Below are positions 56,158 through 64,000 of a stretch of 64,000 nucleotides of DNA, in pieces; position 1 is the stretch's first letter, and every line of letters starts with the position of its first letter. The notes under the pieces were generated by a model. That model did no database searches. It was given only the letters and a program-made list of their open reading frames with translations, and had not been told where the DNA came from. The position numbers and the translations under genes are program-made. Origin of the DNA: a virus (taxonomy: Duplodnaviria > Caudoviricetes); IMG/VR virus record IMGVR_UViG_3300021400_000057, positions 1 through 64,000 of that record. One strand, 5' to 3'.

Positions 56158-56762
56158 ACCCCCTGTTCCATTTTGTAAGTCTTTCCCTTTTTCTTTCCTT
56201 CGCCTTTCTTAAACTCCTGAATCCACACCACCTTTCCACTCTTATACCTACGGTAATGTCCTCGTACTGTGAAGATTCCTTTCGGGCTTGCATGATGACC
56301 GCCCAAAGAAGGTCGTATCACTCTCCTTTTCAAGATGTATGTCACTCTGTCTTTACTGTAAACCTTATCACGTTTTTTGGTTTTCGTTTCTTGCTGGACT
56401 TGCCGAGGCTCTGCTTTGACTAACTCTGGCTTCTCGTACACCATGTACGCCATGAGAGCGCAATAACAAGTAAGAATATCGTTAAAGCTATCCCTCGCTA
56501 ATACTGTATCCCCCTTTCGTTTGATAAGCATACCGTCATACCTAATCTCGAACACTACTTTGCAGATTTTTTGATAGCCCTTATGGGCGTAAAGCGTCAG
56601 CCACCTTCCTTCTCGAATCCCTTTAATGCGTAAATCGAAATAGACAAAGGCTATCTCCACAGCTTTCAACGGCATCGGCATCGTGTGTATCAATGGTTTG
56701 TTTTCTTTCGCCCAATCAAATAACGCTTTTACGTCGTCCTGCGTCAATAGCACTTTGTCCAT
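56154..56762 (-). CDS. Hypothetical phage protein
   Basis: 202 aa; C-terminal VRGHYRRYKSGKVVWI motif. Confidence 0.75.
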   Translation of the reverse strand: MDKVLLTQDDVKALFDWAKENKPLIHTMPMPLKAVEIAFVYFDLRIKGIREGRWLTLYAHKGYQKICKVVFEIRYDGMLIKRKGDTVLARDSFNDILTCYCALMAYMVYEKPELVKAEPRQVQQETKTKKRDKVYSKDRVTYILKRRVIRPSLGGHHASPKGIFTVRGHYRRYKSGKVVWIQEFKKGEGKKKGKTYKMEQGV

Positions 56763-56775
56763 TCCTTATCACTCC

Positions 56776-57129
56776 TTATTTGCCTTTATATTCATCGACC
56801 ATTGCCGCGACAAAAACTTCCAATAATTCTTTTACCACATTATCGCTTTGCCCTCTGAGCATTATGCCCATTGCAGACCCCAATGCGATAGTGGTGTCAA
56901 GCAAGTGCATCTTCCCATCAAGTCCAACTGTAACTTCATCATTCTTCAGTGTGATTTCGATTTTTCCATCGTTCATGTGTGCTTTCTCCTCCTTTTCCAG
57001 ACGTTCCTTTTCCTCTTTGCATTTCGGGCATTCCTTCGGAATCTTTTGGCTATCAGCTACATAGCCACACTTCTCGCATTTCACCACAAGCTGTCCACCA
57101 TTGTCAGCAACTACCCATTTCGTATCCAT
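56776..57129 (-). CDS. Zinc-ribbon hypothetical protein
   Basis: CEKCG...CPKC. Confidence 0.7.
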   Translation of the reverse strand: MDTKWVVADNGGQLVVKCEKCGYVADSQKIPKECPKCKEEKERLEKEEKAHMNDGKIEITLKNDEVTVGLDGKMHLLDTTIALGSAMGIMLRGQSDNVVKELLEVFVAAMVDEYKGK

Positions 57130-57342
57130 TTACATCGCTCCCTTCTGTTTTTCCAGTTCTTCAATGCGTGCAATCAAAAGCTCTACTGCATCATCGCGTA
57201 GATACACAATGCCATACCGTAACTCACTGGCTATTTCAACATCTTCTCTGGTCTGACACTTATGCTCTCGTAAATACTCGTCACTTAACGCTCGCTCATT
57301 TGAGACATTATCAAATGCCTTGATTACATCTTTGTATGTCAC
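57130..57342 (-). CDS. Hypothetical protein
   Basis: Probable GTG start; RBS. Confidence 0.6.
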   Translation of the reverse strand: MTYKDVIKAFDNVSNERALSDEYLREHKCQTREDVEIASELRYGIVYLRDDAVELLIARIEELEKQKGAM

Positions 57343-57644
57343 TACATTTCCCCCTCTTTCTTCAAGCAATCTGTAAGCGGCTTCCTACCATGTAAGCCAC
57401 GACCTTCCTCGTATTGCTTTAAGGTTCTCTTGGCTTCTTGGTGCGCTCGAATCAACGCTTGCCCGTGCCGCCCATCGCTAAGAACTCTCTCCATACTTTC
57501 AACGTCGCGGGTAAGGTATCCCCACCGTTCGTACTGGTCTAACGATAGTCCGAAATGATGGGCTTCGTGCTTCCTTGCTTCAGCCTTTTTCCCATATTCT
57601 GCTCCGCAAATTTCACAACGATAAATTGTTTTCACTGGCATCAC
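57342..57644 (-). CDS. C2H2-like zinc-finger protein
   Basis: YRCEICG.....A.KHE..H. Confidence 0.7.
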   Translation of the reverse strand: MMPVKTIYRCEICGAEYGKKAEARKHEAHHFGLSLDQYERWGYLTRDVESMERVLSDGRHGQALIRAHQEAKRTLKQYEEGRGLHGRKPLTDCLKKEGEM

Positions 57645-57652
57645 CCCCTCTC

Positions 57653-58063
57653 TTATCTCCGAATCACACCGCCGAAAGTAGGACGCAAACCTACGCTTCC
57701 ATACTCTGAAAATGCTGGCTCGGTCTTGTTGATGCTGTATGCAAACTGTGTGAAGTACACAGAATCATCCTTGTTCAATGCCCACTCGCTTTTGTCTGGC
57801 TCAACAAACAGGATAGTCAGCAATTCCATATCATCGAAGTAGCTACGAATTAAGTGATACGGCAGATTTCCCGTTTTCTTTGCCCAATCATCGACCAGTT
57901 TCTTGTCATCATCTTCAAGCCAATACAACGCTCCCATGTGTTCGGATACATTTAACACTCCTTTCTTGAAATCCCTTACCACATTCGGGTGGAGTTTCCA
58001 CCAACCCATACGCCTGATTGCTTCTTCCTTCATTTGCTCCATTGTTGCTTTTGCCATTGTCAT
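57653..58063 (-). CDS. Hypothetical protein
   Basis: AAGGAGG RBS. Confidence 0.7.
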   Translation of the reverse strand: MTMAKATMEQMKEEAIRRMGWWKLHPNVVRDFKKGVLNVSEHMGALYWLEDDDKKLVDDWAKKTGNLPYHLIRSYFDDMELLTILFVEPDKSEWALNKDDSVYFTQFAYSINKTEPAFSEYGSVGLRPTFGGVIRR

Positions 58064-58073
58064 TTCCTCCTTC

Positions 58074-58547
58074 TCATGAATAGTAAAAGCTAATATCAAA
58101 TTCAATCTTCATACCTTTTGGCAAAGTCTCCTTACCATCTATAAACTCCATCAAAGCGCATTTATTACATCTGCACCGCACATCACCATGATTGTCGGGA
58201 TACCAACCATTCACAGGCACGTCGTCGGAGCATGATGTCCTGCCATGCTTAAATAATTTCAGTACAACTTCCCGATTTTTTCGGAGAAAGGCAATGAAGT
58301 CTAATTGTTCTTGGTATGCCAAATCCTCTGCTTCTTTCTTCAACTTGTTAGCCTCGGCTATATCTGCCGCAATACTATCTTCAAAAGCCTTTTGCTTTTC
58401 TGCGATAGATTGTAGTAACGTCGCTCTTTTTTCCTCCATTTCCTCAATGGTACGATTGCCTTTCTTTGACATCGTCGCTTCCCTCCTTACCTTGTCCATA
58501 ACAACATCAACGCAAACATCGTCATCATAATTAACAACATAAGCCAT
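58074..58547 (-). CDS. Hypothetical protein
   Basis: 157 aa; coiled coil plus C-terminal Cys motif. Confidence 0.7.
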   Translation of the reverse strand: MAYVVNYDDDVCVDVVMDKVRREATMSKKGNRTIEEMEEKRATLLQSIAEKQKAFEDSIAADIAEANKLKKEAEDLAYQEQLDFIAFLRKNREVVLKLFKHGRTSCSDDVPVNGWYPDNHGDVRCRCNKCALMEFIDGKETLPKGMKIEFDISFYYS

Positions 58548-58553
58548 ACCCCC

Positions 58554-58823
58554 TTAAAACGTCGGCGCTTTTGCCAAAATCTTCAATGTCTGACTGTAAT
58601 CAAATTTTGCTTCGTCCATAATAAGCGCCAATGCTACTGCCTTATCCTGTGCTCTATATTCATCACCCCCATGAATAACATAAGCCGCCGTGAGAACGTC
58701 GGCGGCTCTGTATAGCTTGTCTTTCCGATAGCGGTTTTGTTTTTCCCAAAACAGCTTCAATCGCTTGATATACTCTTGTGCCATAGGCAATATCATGTTG
58801 AACAGTTCTCGTGTTACCGTCAT
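58554..58823 (-). CDS. Hypothetical protein
   Basis: Probable start MTVTRE with RBS. Confidence 0.6.
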   Translation of the reverse strand: MTVTRELFNMILPMAQEYIKRLKLFWEKQNRYRKDKLYRAADVLTAAYVIHGGDEYRAQDKAVALALIMDEAKFDYSQTLKILAKAPTF

Positions 58824-59137
58824 GACTTCACCTTCTTGACAAGAAGGTAGCAGTAGTCTACCTTCCAGCCGTCCTTGCCGCCCTTTTCGTCCCGCATATA
58901 GCGTTCCAATCGGACGTTGCAATCCGACTTATCAATCGACGTGCCGAAGATTGAGTAGCCGCCCATATTCGGCTTATATGCTTTGTTGTTGCTGGAAACG
59001 TAGTAGCTACGGGCTTCCAGTGAATATTCTTGATTCCACGAATCAGGCGTGAATACAATCACGCCCTCAATATGTTTCCCATTTTTCTCGCTTTCCTGAA
59101 AGAGCTTTTTCATTTCCTGATATGTCATCTTTTTCAT
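58820..59137 (-). CDS. Hypothetical phage protein
   Basis: GVIVFT..SW..EYSLEARSY..SS.NKAY motif. Confidence 0.75.
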   Translation of the reverse strand: MKKMTYQEMKKLFQESEKNGKHIEGVIVFTPDSWNQEYSLEARSYYVSSNNKAYKPNMGGYSIFGTSIDKSDCNVRLERYMRDEKGGKDGWKVDYCYLLVKKVKS

Positions 59138-59140
59138 GCG

Positions 59141-59347
59141 TTATTCCTCCTCGTCATCTACTGAAATACCCATGTCAAGGAACAGGATTTTTTGACAGAT
59201 TTCACTTGCTTTCCTACGCAAATCTATCTTGCTTTCTTCGCGTCGCGCATCTTTCGCGCTACGGGCTTCATCAGCAAATACCTTTTCCAGTTTTCTGATA
59301 GCGTCGTATGCTTGATTGCACAAATCCAATTTGTCATCACAAGTCAT
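59141..59347 (-). CDS. Hypothetical protein
   Basis: GGAGG RBS; coupled. Confidence 0.65.
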   Translation of the reverse strand: MTCDDKLDLCNQAYDAIRKLEKVFADEARSAKDARREESKIDLRRKASEICQKILFLDMGISVDDEEE

Positions 59348-59685
59348 GCTTGTTCCCTCCTTTTCTTTGCTTCCCTTTCCATAAGGACATTGTGGATTAC
59401 GTTATTCACTTGCTCGAAACGCTGTATAGCGCGATAAAGATTTTCAAACTTTTCCACCTTGTCAATAACGATTTCGGATATAAACCCGTTCCTTTCGTAA
59501 TGGAAAAACTGAACACGATACTCGTTCATATTCGTGTCTGCATTGATGAAAACTACTAATGCACTATTGGTACTTTCGGGCGAATCCGCATAAGAGTAAC
59601 GCTCGGCAAAGAAAATCGTGCGCGTAATCCCATGCGTTTCTTCAAGTTCTTCAAAGTAATCGTTGTAGATTTTCATGCTTAACAT
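59344..59685 (-). CDS. Hypothetical protein
   Basis: AGGAGG RBS. Confidence 0.7.
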   Translation of the reverse strand: MLSMKIYNDYFEELEETHGITRTIFFAERYSYADSPESTNSALVVFINADTNMNEYRVQFFHYERNGFISEIVIDKVEKFENLYRAIQRFEQVNNVIHNVLMEREAKKRREQA

Positions 59686-60020
59686 TCTCCTCCTTTCTCG
59701 TCTATTTCATCGGTCACATAATCAAAGATTACGTTCCCGCTTGCGGTGTAATGATACTCGCAGTATGCGAAACGCTTGGGAACATCGACCTTTCGCTCCC
59801 AAATTTTCCCATCAACTTCCTTGCGCTCTGTTTTCATGTATGACTCGTAATTCGTGAAGCCCCAAGCGGAGCCGCTATTTGTTGCGGTTTTGCCTAAGAT
59901 TGTTGTGCCATCAGGCAACACCATTTCACCTTGGTATTTCGGGTTTCCGTAGTAGGAACACCCGCATGATTTTACATGACGGAAGTAAACATGGTTTACC
60001 TTGATGCGTTTGCTTGCCAT
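59679..60020 (-). CDS. Hypothetical protein
   Basis: AAGGAGG RBS; S.YGNP motif. Confidence 0.7.
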   Translation of the reverse strand: MASKRIKVNHVYFRHVKSCGCSYYGNPKYQGEMVLPDGTTILGKTATNSGSAWGFTNYESYMKTERKEVDGKIWERKVDVPKRFAYCEYHYTASGNVIFDYVTDEIDEKGGEC

Positions 60021-60037
60021 TACCTATGCCTCCTTCA

Positions 60038-60220
60038 TCAGATAAACGCTTGCCAGTCTTGAACCGGGTCAGCGTTTTCGCAATGCTGTTTAATCATATC
60101 CTCGATATTCCCATGCTCCCCGTAATTCATAGCCATGAGGAGTAGCACATCGTACCATTTCTTTTGTTTGTACTTCGCCAGTATTGCGTTCTTCCATGCC
60201 TCGCGCTCTGTTACTGCCAT
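60038..60220 (-). CDS. Hypothetical protein
   Basis: RBS; 60 aa. Confidence 0.6.
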   Translation of the reverse strand: MAVTEREAWKNAILAKYKQKKWYDVLLLMAMNYGEHGNIEDMIKQHCENADPVQDWQAFI

Positions 60221-60221
60221 A

Positions 60222-60527
60222 TCACTTCAACTCCTTCGCACCTTCGCGCTTCATAATCCTGACATTCTCCTTGTATTCTGCTTTGCTCTCATACACGTCT
60301 ATATATTCCCACCACCTATCTCCATACTTGGTTTCCCTCATGTGTACTTCCTCTTTCGGCGGCATGACTGCCCTTACCACTTCCAATAGCTTGTAATACA
60401 AGCCTCCTTTCTCGTCTTCTCGGACGTACACCTTGTAATAATCACGCTTTCTTGACCGATTTACCGCCCCTCTATGCGAAGGGCGGCGTGCTGGTATCGT
60501 TGGTTGTGACTGCGGCTGTGACTGCAA
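60222..60527 (-). CDS. Hypothetical protein
   Basis: AAGGAG RBS. Confidence 0.65.
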   Translation of the reverse strand: MQSQPQSQPTIPARRPSHRGAVNRSRKRDYYKVYVREDEKGGLYYKLLEVVRAVMPPKEEVHMRETKYGDRWWEYIDVYESKAEYKENVRIMKREGAKELK

Positions 60528-60552
60528 TGGAATCTACTCCTTTCGTCCAATC

Positions 60553-60578
60553 AAAAAGCCGCCCGATTTTCAGGCGGC
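60553..60578 (-). terminator. Internal terminator in the leftward block
   Basis: AGCCGCCTG-AAAT-CGGGCGGCT-TTTT on the minus strand. Confidence 0.7.
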
Positions 60579-60847
60579 TATACTTCCGTATCCTCGATTC
60601 CTCCCGTCCACAATTCCCCAAGCTCCGAGGCTTTCTTCCATGACGTGAGAATCGTTTTGGGATTGTAATGCGGCTTATTCAGGCAGATATTCACATACTT
60701 CATTTCGCTTCGCTTCTTTGCGGCATCGTAAATCTGCTTTGCCATTTTCCGTGAGTTACATTCAACGACGTACTTGTTTGTCTTTCCTTCTGCCTGACCC
60801 CATCCGCTCATGAATGTGTCAGTCATTGTTACCCAATATTTTGCCAT
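60578..60847 (-). CDS. Hypothetical phage protein
   Basis: YWVTMTDTFMSGWG.A.GK.NK motif. Confidence 0.75.
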   Translation of the reverse strand: MAKYWVTMTDTFMSGWGQAEGKTNKYVVECNSRKMAKQIYDAAKKRSEMKYVNICLNKPHYNPKTILTSWKKASELGELWTGGIEDTEV

Positions 60848-60852
60848 TTATG

Positions 60853-61014
60853 TTATCCCTCCTTACGTTTTTGTGCGTCGAATTCTTGTCTCATATCGTC
60901 CCAAGTTTTTCGGACTGGACAAGTCTCGCAAGTGTCCTCTGAACGATAATTGCAATCGCCGCAAACAATATCAACGGCATCGTCAAACTTTCTAAACCCA
61001 TCATTCGTAATCAT
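60853..61014 (-). CDS. Small Cys-rich protein (not in ORF track)
   Basis: MITNDGF..IVCGDC....CETCPV, 53 aa; GGAGG RBS. Confidence 0.6.
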   Translation of the reverse strand: MITNDGFRKFDDAVDIVCGDCNYRSEDTCETCPVRKTWDDMRQEFDAQKRKEG

Positions 61015-61238
61015 GCTGTCGCCTCCTCAAAATGCTTGTCATATTCCACCAGCGAATCCAAGTATGTTTCCGCTGTTTGTCCCAAATATTTCAAAAGGCT
61101 TCGGCTGTCGCGGCTGTCATGTTGTTCGTCATACTTTGCCATAAGCCGTGATACTACGCATACCAGAAGGAAGCTGTGCCCTTCGTAGATTATCCACTTG
61201 CCTTGCACCTTGATTTTCCTGTTTCCAAAAGCGTACAT
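61011..61238 (-). CDS. Hypothetical protein
   Basis: AAGGAG RBS before MYAFGNR. Confidence 0.55.
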   Translation of the reverse strand: MYAFGNRKIKVQGKWIIYEGHSFLLVCVVSRLMAKYDEQHDSRDSRSLLKYLGQTAETYLDSLVEYDKHFEEATA

Positions 61239-61257
61239 CTGAACCACTCCTTCTCCT

Positions 61258-61905
61258 TTATCCCAACCGTTTACGACTTGCGGCGCTCTTACCATCACGG
61301 TATCCCATCTGACTTGCCATGTAGGACGCTCCCGTGTTTACCTTATACGAAATATGCTTCTTGGAAAGTTTCGGGAATTTTGCAGATACCGCATTGTCAA
61401 CATCTTCGGGAACTACCAGTGCCAATGCCCTGCACTGTTCGCCCATTTCCTCTTTGATTGCCTGAATATACCTGATTGCATACGCACCCTCTACCTTCTG
61501 GGAATGTCCGTACCTCGCCATTGCCGCCTGCCTTGCAGAGCGCACCCCTTCCGCAATCAGCTTCGCGAACATCCGCCACAATCCTATGGCGTTCTTCCTG
61601 TCCGAATCCCGCCCGAAAAACATGACGGAAGCACGGCGATGATTGCCAGTCGTCCGTACCACACGGCAACAAGTGTTATCTGCAATGACTTTCGCAAGGG
61701 ACAACTGCCAGTTTCGCGTAACGTCAACGCTCTCGTTGTCTACATCCTCGGTTTTCTCCCGCAATTCCACGGCTTCTACATGGTACTTTGCCATAAGGCG
61801 TTGTGCCAGCTTCGCCGCCGCGATTGCTTCCTGTTCGGAAGCCCCGTTTTCAACCGTTTTCGACAACAATGCCGCGATTTTGTCCATGATTTTCGAGTTT
61901 GCCAT
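61258..61905 (-). CDS. DUF2786-domain protein
   Basis: MDKIAALL......EQEA.AA...AQRLMAKY N-terminus. Confidence 0.8.
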   Translation of the reverse strand: MANSKIMDKIAALLSKTVENGASEQEAIAAAKLAQRLMAKYHVEAVELREKTEDVDNESVDVTRNWQLSLAKVIADNTCCRVVRTTGNHRRASVMFFGRDSDRKNAIGLWRMFAKLIAEGVRSARQAAMARYGHSQKVEGAYAIRYIQAIKEEMGEQCRALALVVPEDVDNAVSAKFPKLSKKHISYKVNTGASYMASQMGYRDGKSAASRKRLG

Positions 61906-61927
61906 AGTAATTCCACCTTTCATTTCT

Positions 61928-62215
61928 TCACTGGTTATCCAATGCTTCCGTCATAACTTTTGCGGCTTTTGCTTCCCACTGATTTCTTCCGTCTGTCATC
62001 CCCTCTCTGTCGTTTATTACAAGCTGGCGGAGCCAGTCGATAAACAAATCCGTCATCCATGCTTGGAGCGTCCTGTGTTCCAGTGTCATCAGGGCGCAGA
62101 AATTCTGCGGTTTGTATCCTGCGTTGACATAATCCGACAGGGCTTTTACTGCCGCCCTTGCACGCTCGTCCTTTCGTGCATCTCTGTAATCCTTCTCTGT
62201 CAAAATCTTCGGCAT
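61928..62215 (-). CDS. Hypothetical protein
   Basis: EHRTLQ...YDGRN-like motif; RBS. Confidence 0.7.
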   Translation of the reverse strand: MPKILTEKDYRDARKDERARAAVKALSDYVNAGYKPQNFCALMTLEHRTLQAWMTDLFIDWLRQLVINDREGMTDGRNQWEAKAAKVMTEALDNQ

Positions 62216-62227
62216 CGTGATTCCCCC

Positions 62228-62440
62228 TTATCTCATTAACCAGCGAAGCTCCTCGTCAATCTGACGGGAGTATTCCTCAATCCAGCTTTGCGGGGATTCT
62301 TCCCAATGCGTGCTGGAAAGCCCGATAAAATCAACAACGACGTTTCCTTTGTCAATCCATTCGAGCGTGCTGTTCTCGTAATTGTAGCGGAAGCACCGTT
62401 TCCCATAGCGTCGCACTCTCGAATATTGCTTTTCAGCCAT
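62228..62440 (-). CDS. Hypothetical protein
   Basis: GGGAG RBS. Confidence 0.65.
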   Translation of the reverse strand: MAEKQYSRVRRYGKRCFRYNYENSTLEWIDKGNVVVDFIGLSSTHWEESPQSWIEEYSRQIDEELRWLMR

Positions 62441-62452
62441 TGCTCTCCCTCC

Positions 62453-62530
62453 CTATCCTGCTATACCTGCGAAGTGTACGACCAAACCAATCAGCGTCAG
62501 TGACCAAATCACACCGATTAGCGTGTTCAT
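62453..62530 (-). CDS. 25-aa membrane peptide
   Basis: MNTLIGVIWSLTLIGLVVHFAGIAG; AGGAGG RBS. Confidence 0.5.
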   Translation of the reverse strand: MNTLIGVIWSLTLIGLVVHFAGIAG

Positions 62531-62817
62531 TATCCTGCCTCCTTTCTCAATTCCCCGAAGGATTCCAACTCGTCGTGGTAATCCCCGCTTTCGTCCGTAA
62601 ACTCCACGGGAAGTTGCAACCATATCACATCTTCCGAATAGCAAGCGTTATCGACAACCACATCAGCCCCGACTTCCTGCTTAATAGCCTTGATAACCTT
62701 TGACGCTTCCGGATTGTCAGGCAAATCCAAAACCAAATCCGTGCGATAAACGTCGTTTACCCACGAATCATAGCCACGTCCCCATACGTCATAGCTATAA
62801 AATCTCCATTTCGCCAT
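62530..62817 (-). CDS. Hypothetical protein
   Basis: YDVWG...WVND motif. Confidence 0.7.
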   Translation of the reverse strand: MAKWRFYSYDVWGRGYDSWVNDVYRTDLVLDLPDNPEASKVIKAIKQEVGADVVVDNACYSEDVIWLQLPVEFTDESGDYHDELESFGELRKEAG

Positions 62818-62834
62818 TTGCAATCGCTCCTCTC

Positions 62835-63266
62835 TTATTTTTTTACCCATCGCGTTTCCATTTTGACGAATCCATGTTTTCGCAGAAACTCCTCACCAAA
62901 AAGATTGCAGGATTTCGGATTGTTTATCAGATACTCAATATATATGTTACGTACATCTTCAAGTTTTTCTATCGCGTCGGCGCAGAATTGCCAGTAATAC
63001 TGAACCGTAACCATCGGCGTATCCTCGTGCCTATGCCACTCTTTACACCCGCTACAAAACCAAATTTCCTCGTCGAAATATACGGGAATGTCCCGCACAC
63101 CCTCTACGTCAAAGCCATTCAAAGCCTCTCGCACTTTTTCGTACATTGACCAATCGCCATCAATAATGATAGATTCAGCGCCGTCAACCATTACCGTGTT
63201 GACGCTTGGTTTGGTCATACATTTCGTTGGTATCGCTAGTATAGCGTTCCTGATTTCAGGTTTCAT
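62835..63266 (-). CDS. Hypothetical protein
   Basis: Probable start MKPEIRN; CSGC..WH motif. Confidence 0.6.
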   Translation of the reverse strand: MKPEIRNAILAIPTKCMTKPSVNTVMVDGAESIIIDGDWSMYEKVREALNGFDVEGVRDIPVYFDEEIWFCSGCKEWHRHEDTPMVTVQYYWQFCADAIEKLEDVRNIYIEYLINNPKSCNLFGEEFLRKHGFVKMETRWVKK

Positions 63267-63376
63267 TCTTTCACGTCCTTTCGTTTTGCCAAAACAAAAG
63301 GGCGACTTCACGTCGCCCATGCCAGTCTCCTTGTGTAATTACCCCCCTTTCGTCATGGATTCTCTGACATTCCGCC

Positions 63377-64000
63377 TCATTTCTTGACGGTATCTTCGTC
63401 CTCCTTTCCCGTTTCGTTCGGAGTTTCCAAGTTTTCTTTGTCATCGCAATCATACAAGCCCATGATTTCTTCATCGTAAAGCTCCTGAATTACAGCGTCT
63501 CCGTACTGTCTACGCCATTCTTCCAGTTCATCAATTTCCATAATCTCACAAAGTTCGTCATACATTTGACGATATTTTGGCGGTACTGGCTGAAGTTCGT
63601 CAGAACTCATGCCGAGTCTTGCTTGTTCCGTAGCAGTCAATGTGCTATCATATCCTCCCCAACCATCACCATAATATCCTCCGTAGTAATCGTAGGATTT
63701 TCGCGGATAATTCCATAGGGATTTGTAATTCTCGTTGAGTTTCGTCCAGACGTGCACTTTTTCGATATACTCATACCTCGGAAAATCTTTGCTTGCAGTA
63801 TCCGCAACCATTTCCTTAACCTTCTCAATCGTTGCGGATAAGTGCTTCCTGTTTATGTATTCGTGCTGAGTATGGGCGTAGTAATATCCGCTTGACAGAT
63901 TGACGGCGGCTACTCCCATATCAGGAGCAATGAAGGAAATATCGCTGAAGCTCCCGTATTCTGTGCGAAAGCCCTTTGATGTTACATAATCCTCAAAGTC
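63377..64000 (-). CDS. M28/M20-like Zn-dependent peptidase, C-terminal part (5' truncated)
   Basis: Frame open to the window edge: DFEDYVTSKGFRTEYGSFSDISFIAPDMGVAAVNLSSGYYYAHTQHEY. Confidence 0.7.
   Translation of the reverse strand, partial: DFEDYVTSKGFRTEYGSFSDISFIAPDMGVAAVNLSSGYYYAHTQHEYINRKHLSATIEKVKEMVADTASKDFPRYEYIEKVHVWTKLNENYKSLWNYPRKSYDYYGGYYGDGWGGYDSTLTATEQARLGMSSDELQPVPPKYRQMYDELCEIMEIDELEEWRRQYGDAVIQELYDEEIMGLYDCDDKENLETPNETGKEDEDTVKK

Larger units (their letters stand above)
1..64000. mobile_element. Temperate siphovirus-like phage genome segment (excised, attP-intact form)
   Basis: Continuous head, tail, lysis, integration and replication modules; no host housekeeping genes; tRNA-derived att core lies between xis and int. 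Confidence 0.97.

Overview
This window is a 64-kb internal segment of a temperate, long-tailed (siphovirus-like) dsDNA phage genome. It starts inside the portal gene and ends inside a peptidase gene. The order is: head genes, tRNA-Trp, neck and tail genes (chaperone with a -1 frameshift, 3097-aa tape measure, lambda-type tail tip, 2087-aa multi-module receptor-binding protein), lysis (two holin-like genes, GH25 endolysin, a nested spanin-like pair), an early operon ending in dnaE and xis, an intact attP matching the 3' half of tRNA-Arg(ACG), leftward integrase and repressor, and a replication and dNTP-supply operon (SSB, primase-helicase, Cas4-like nuclease, RusA, NrdDG, ThyX-like, dUTPase, sigma-like regulator). 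After convergent terminators at about 53 kb comes a leftward block of more than 35 small genes, including a second Xer-like recombinase. The host is inferred to be an anaerobic diderm Firmicute (Negativicutes-like). The most unusual observations are: (1) an inverted-nesting overlapping spanin-like gene pair; (2) a four-cassette array of small genes with constant ends and variable middles, joined by dual-frame junction repeats and coupled to the second recombinase; (3) an apparently split tail-tip gene whose C-terminus now caps a nine-module lectin-like array; (4) a Dit/gpM protein fused to BspA/DUF285-like LRRs, probably starting at ATA; (5) a shared operator in two separated early promoters. 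All family calls come from motif recognition by eye; no database search was run.
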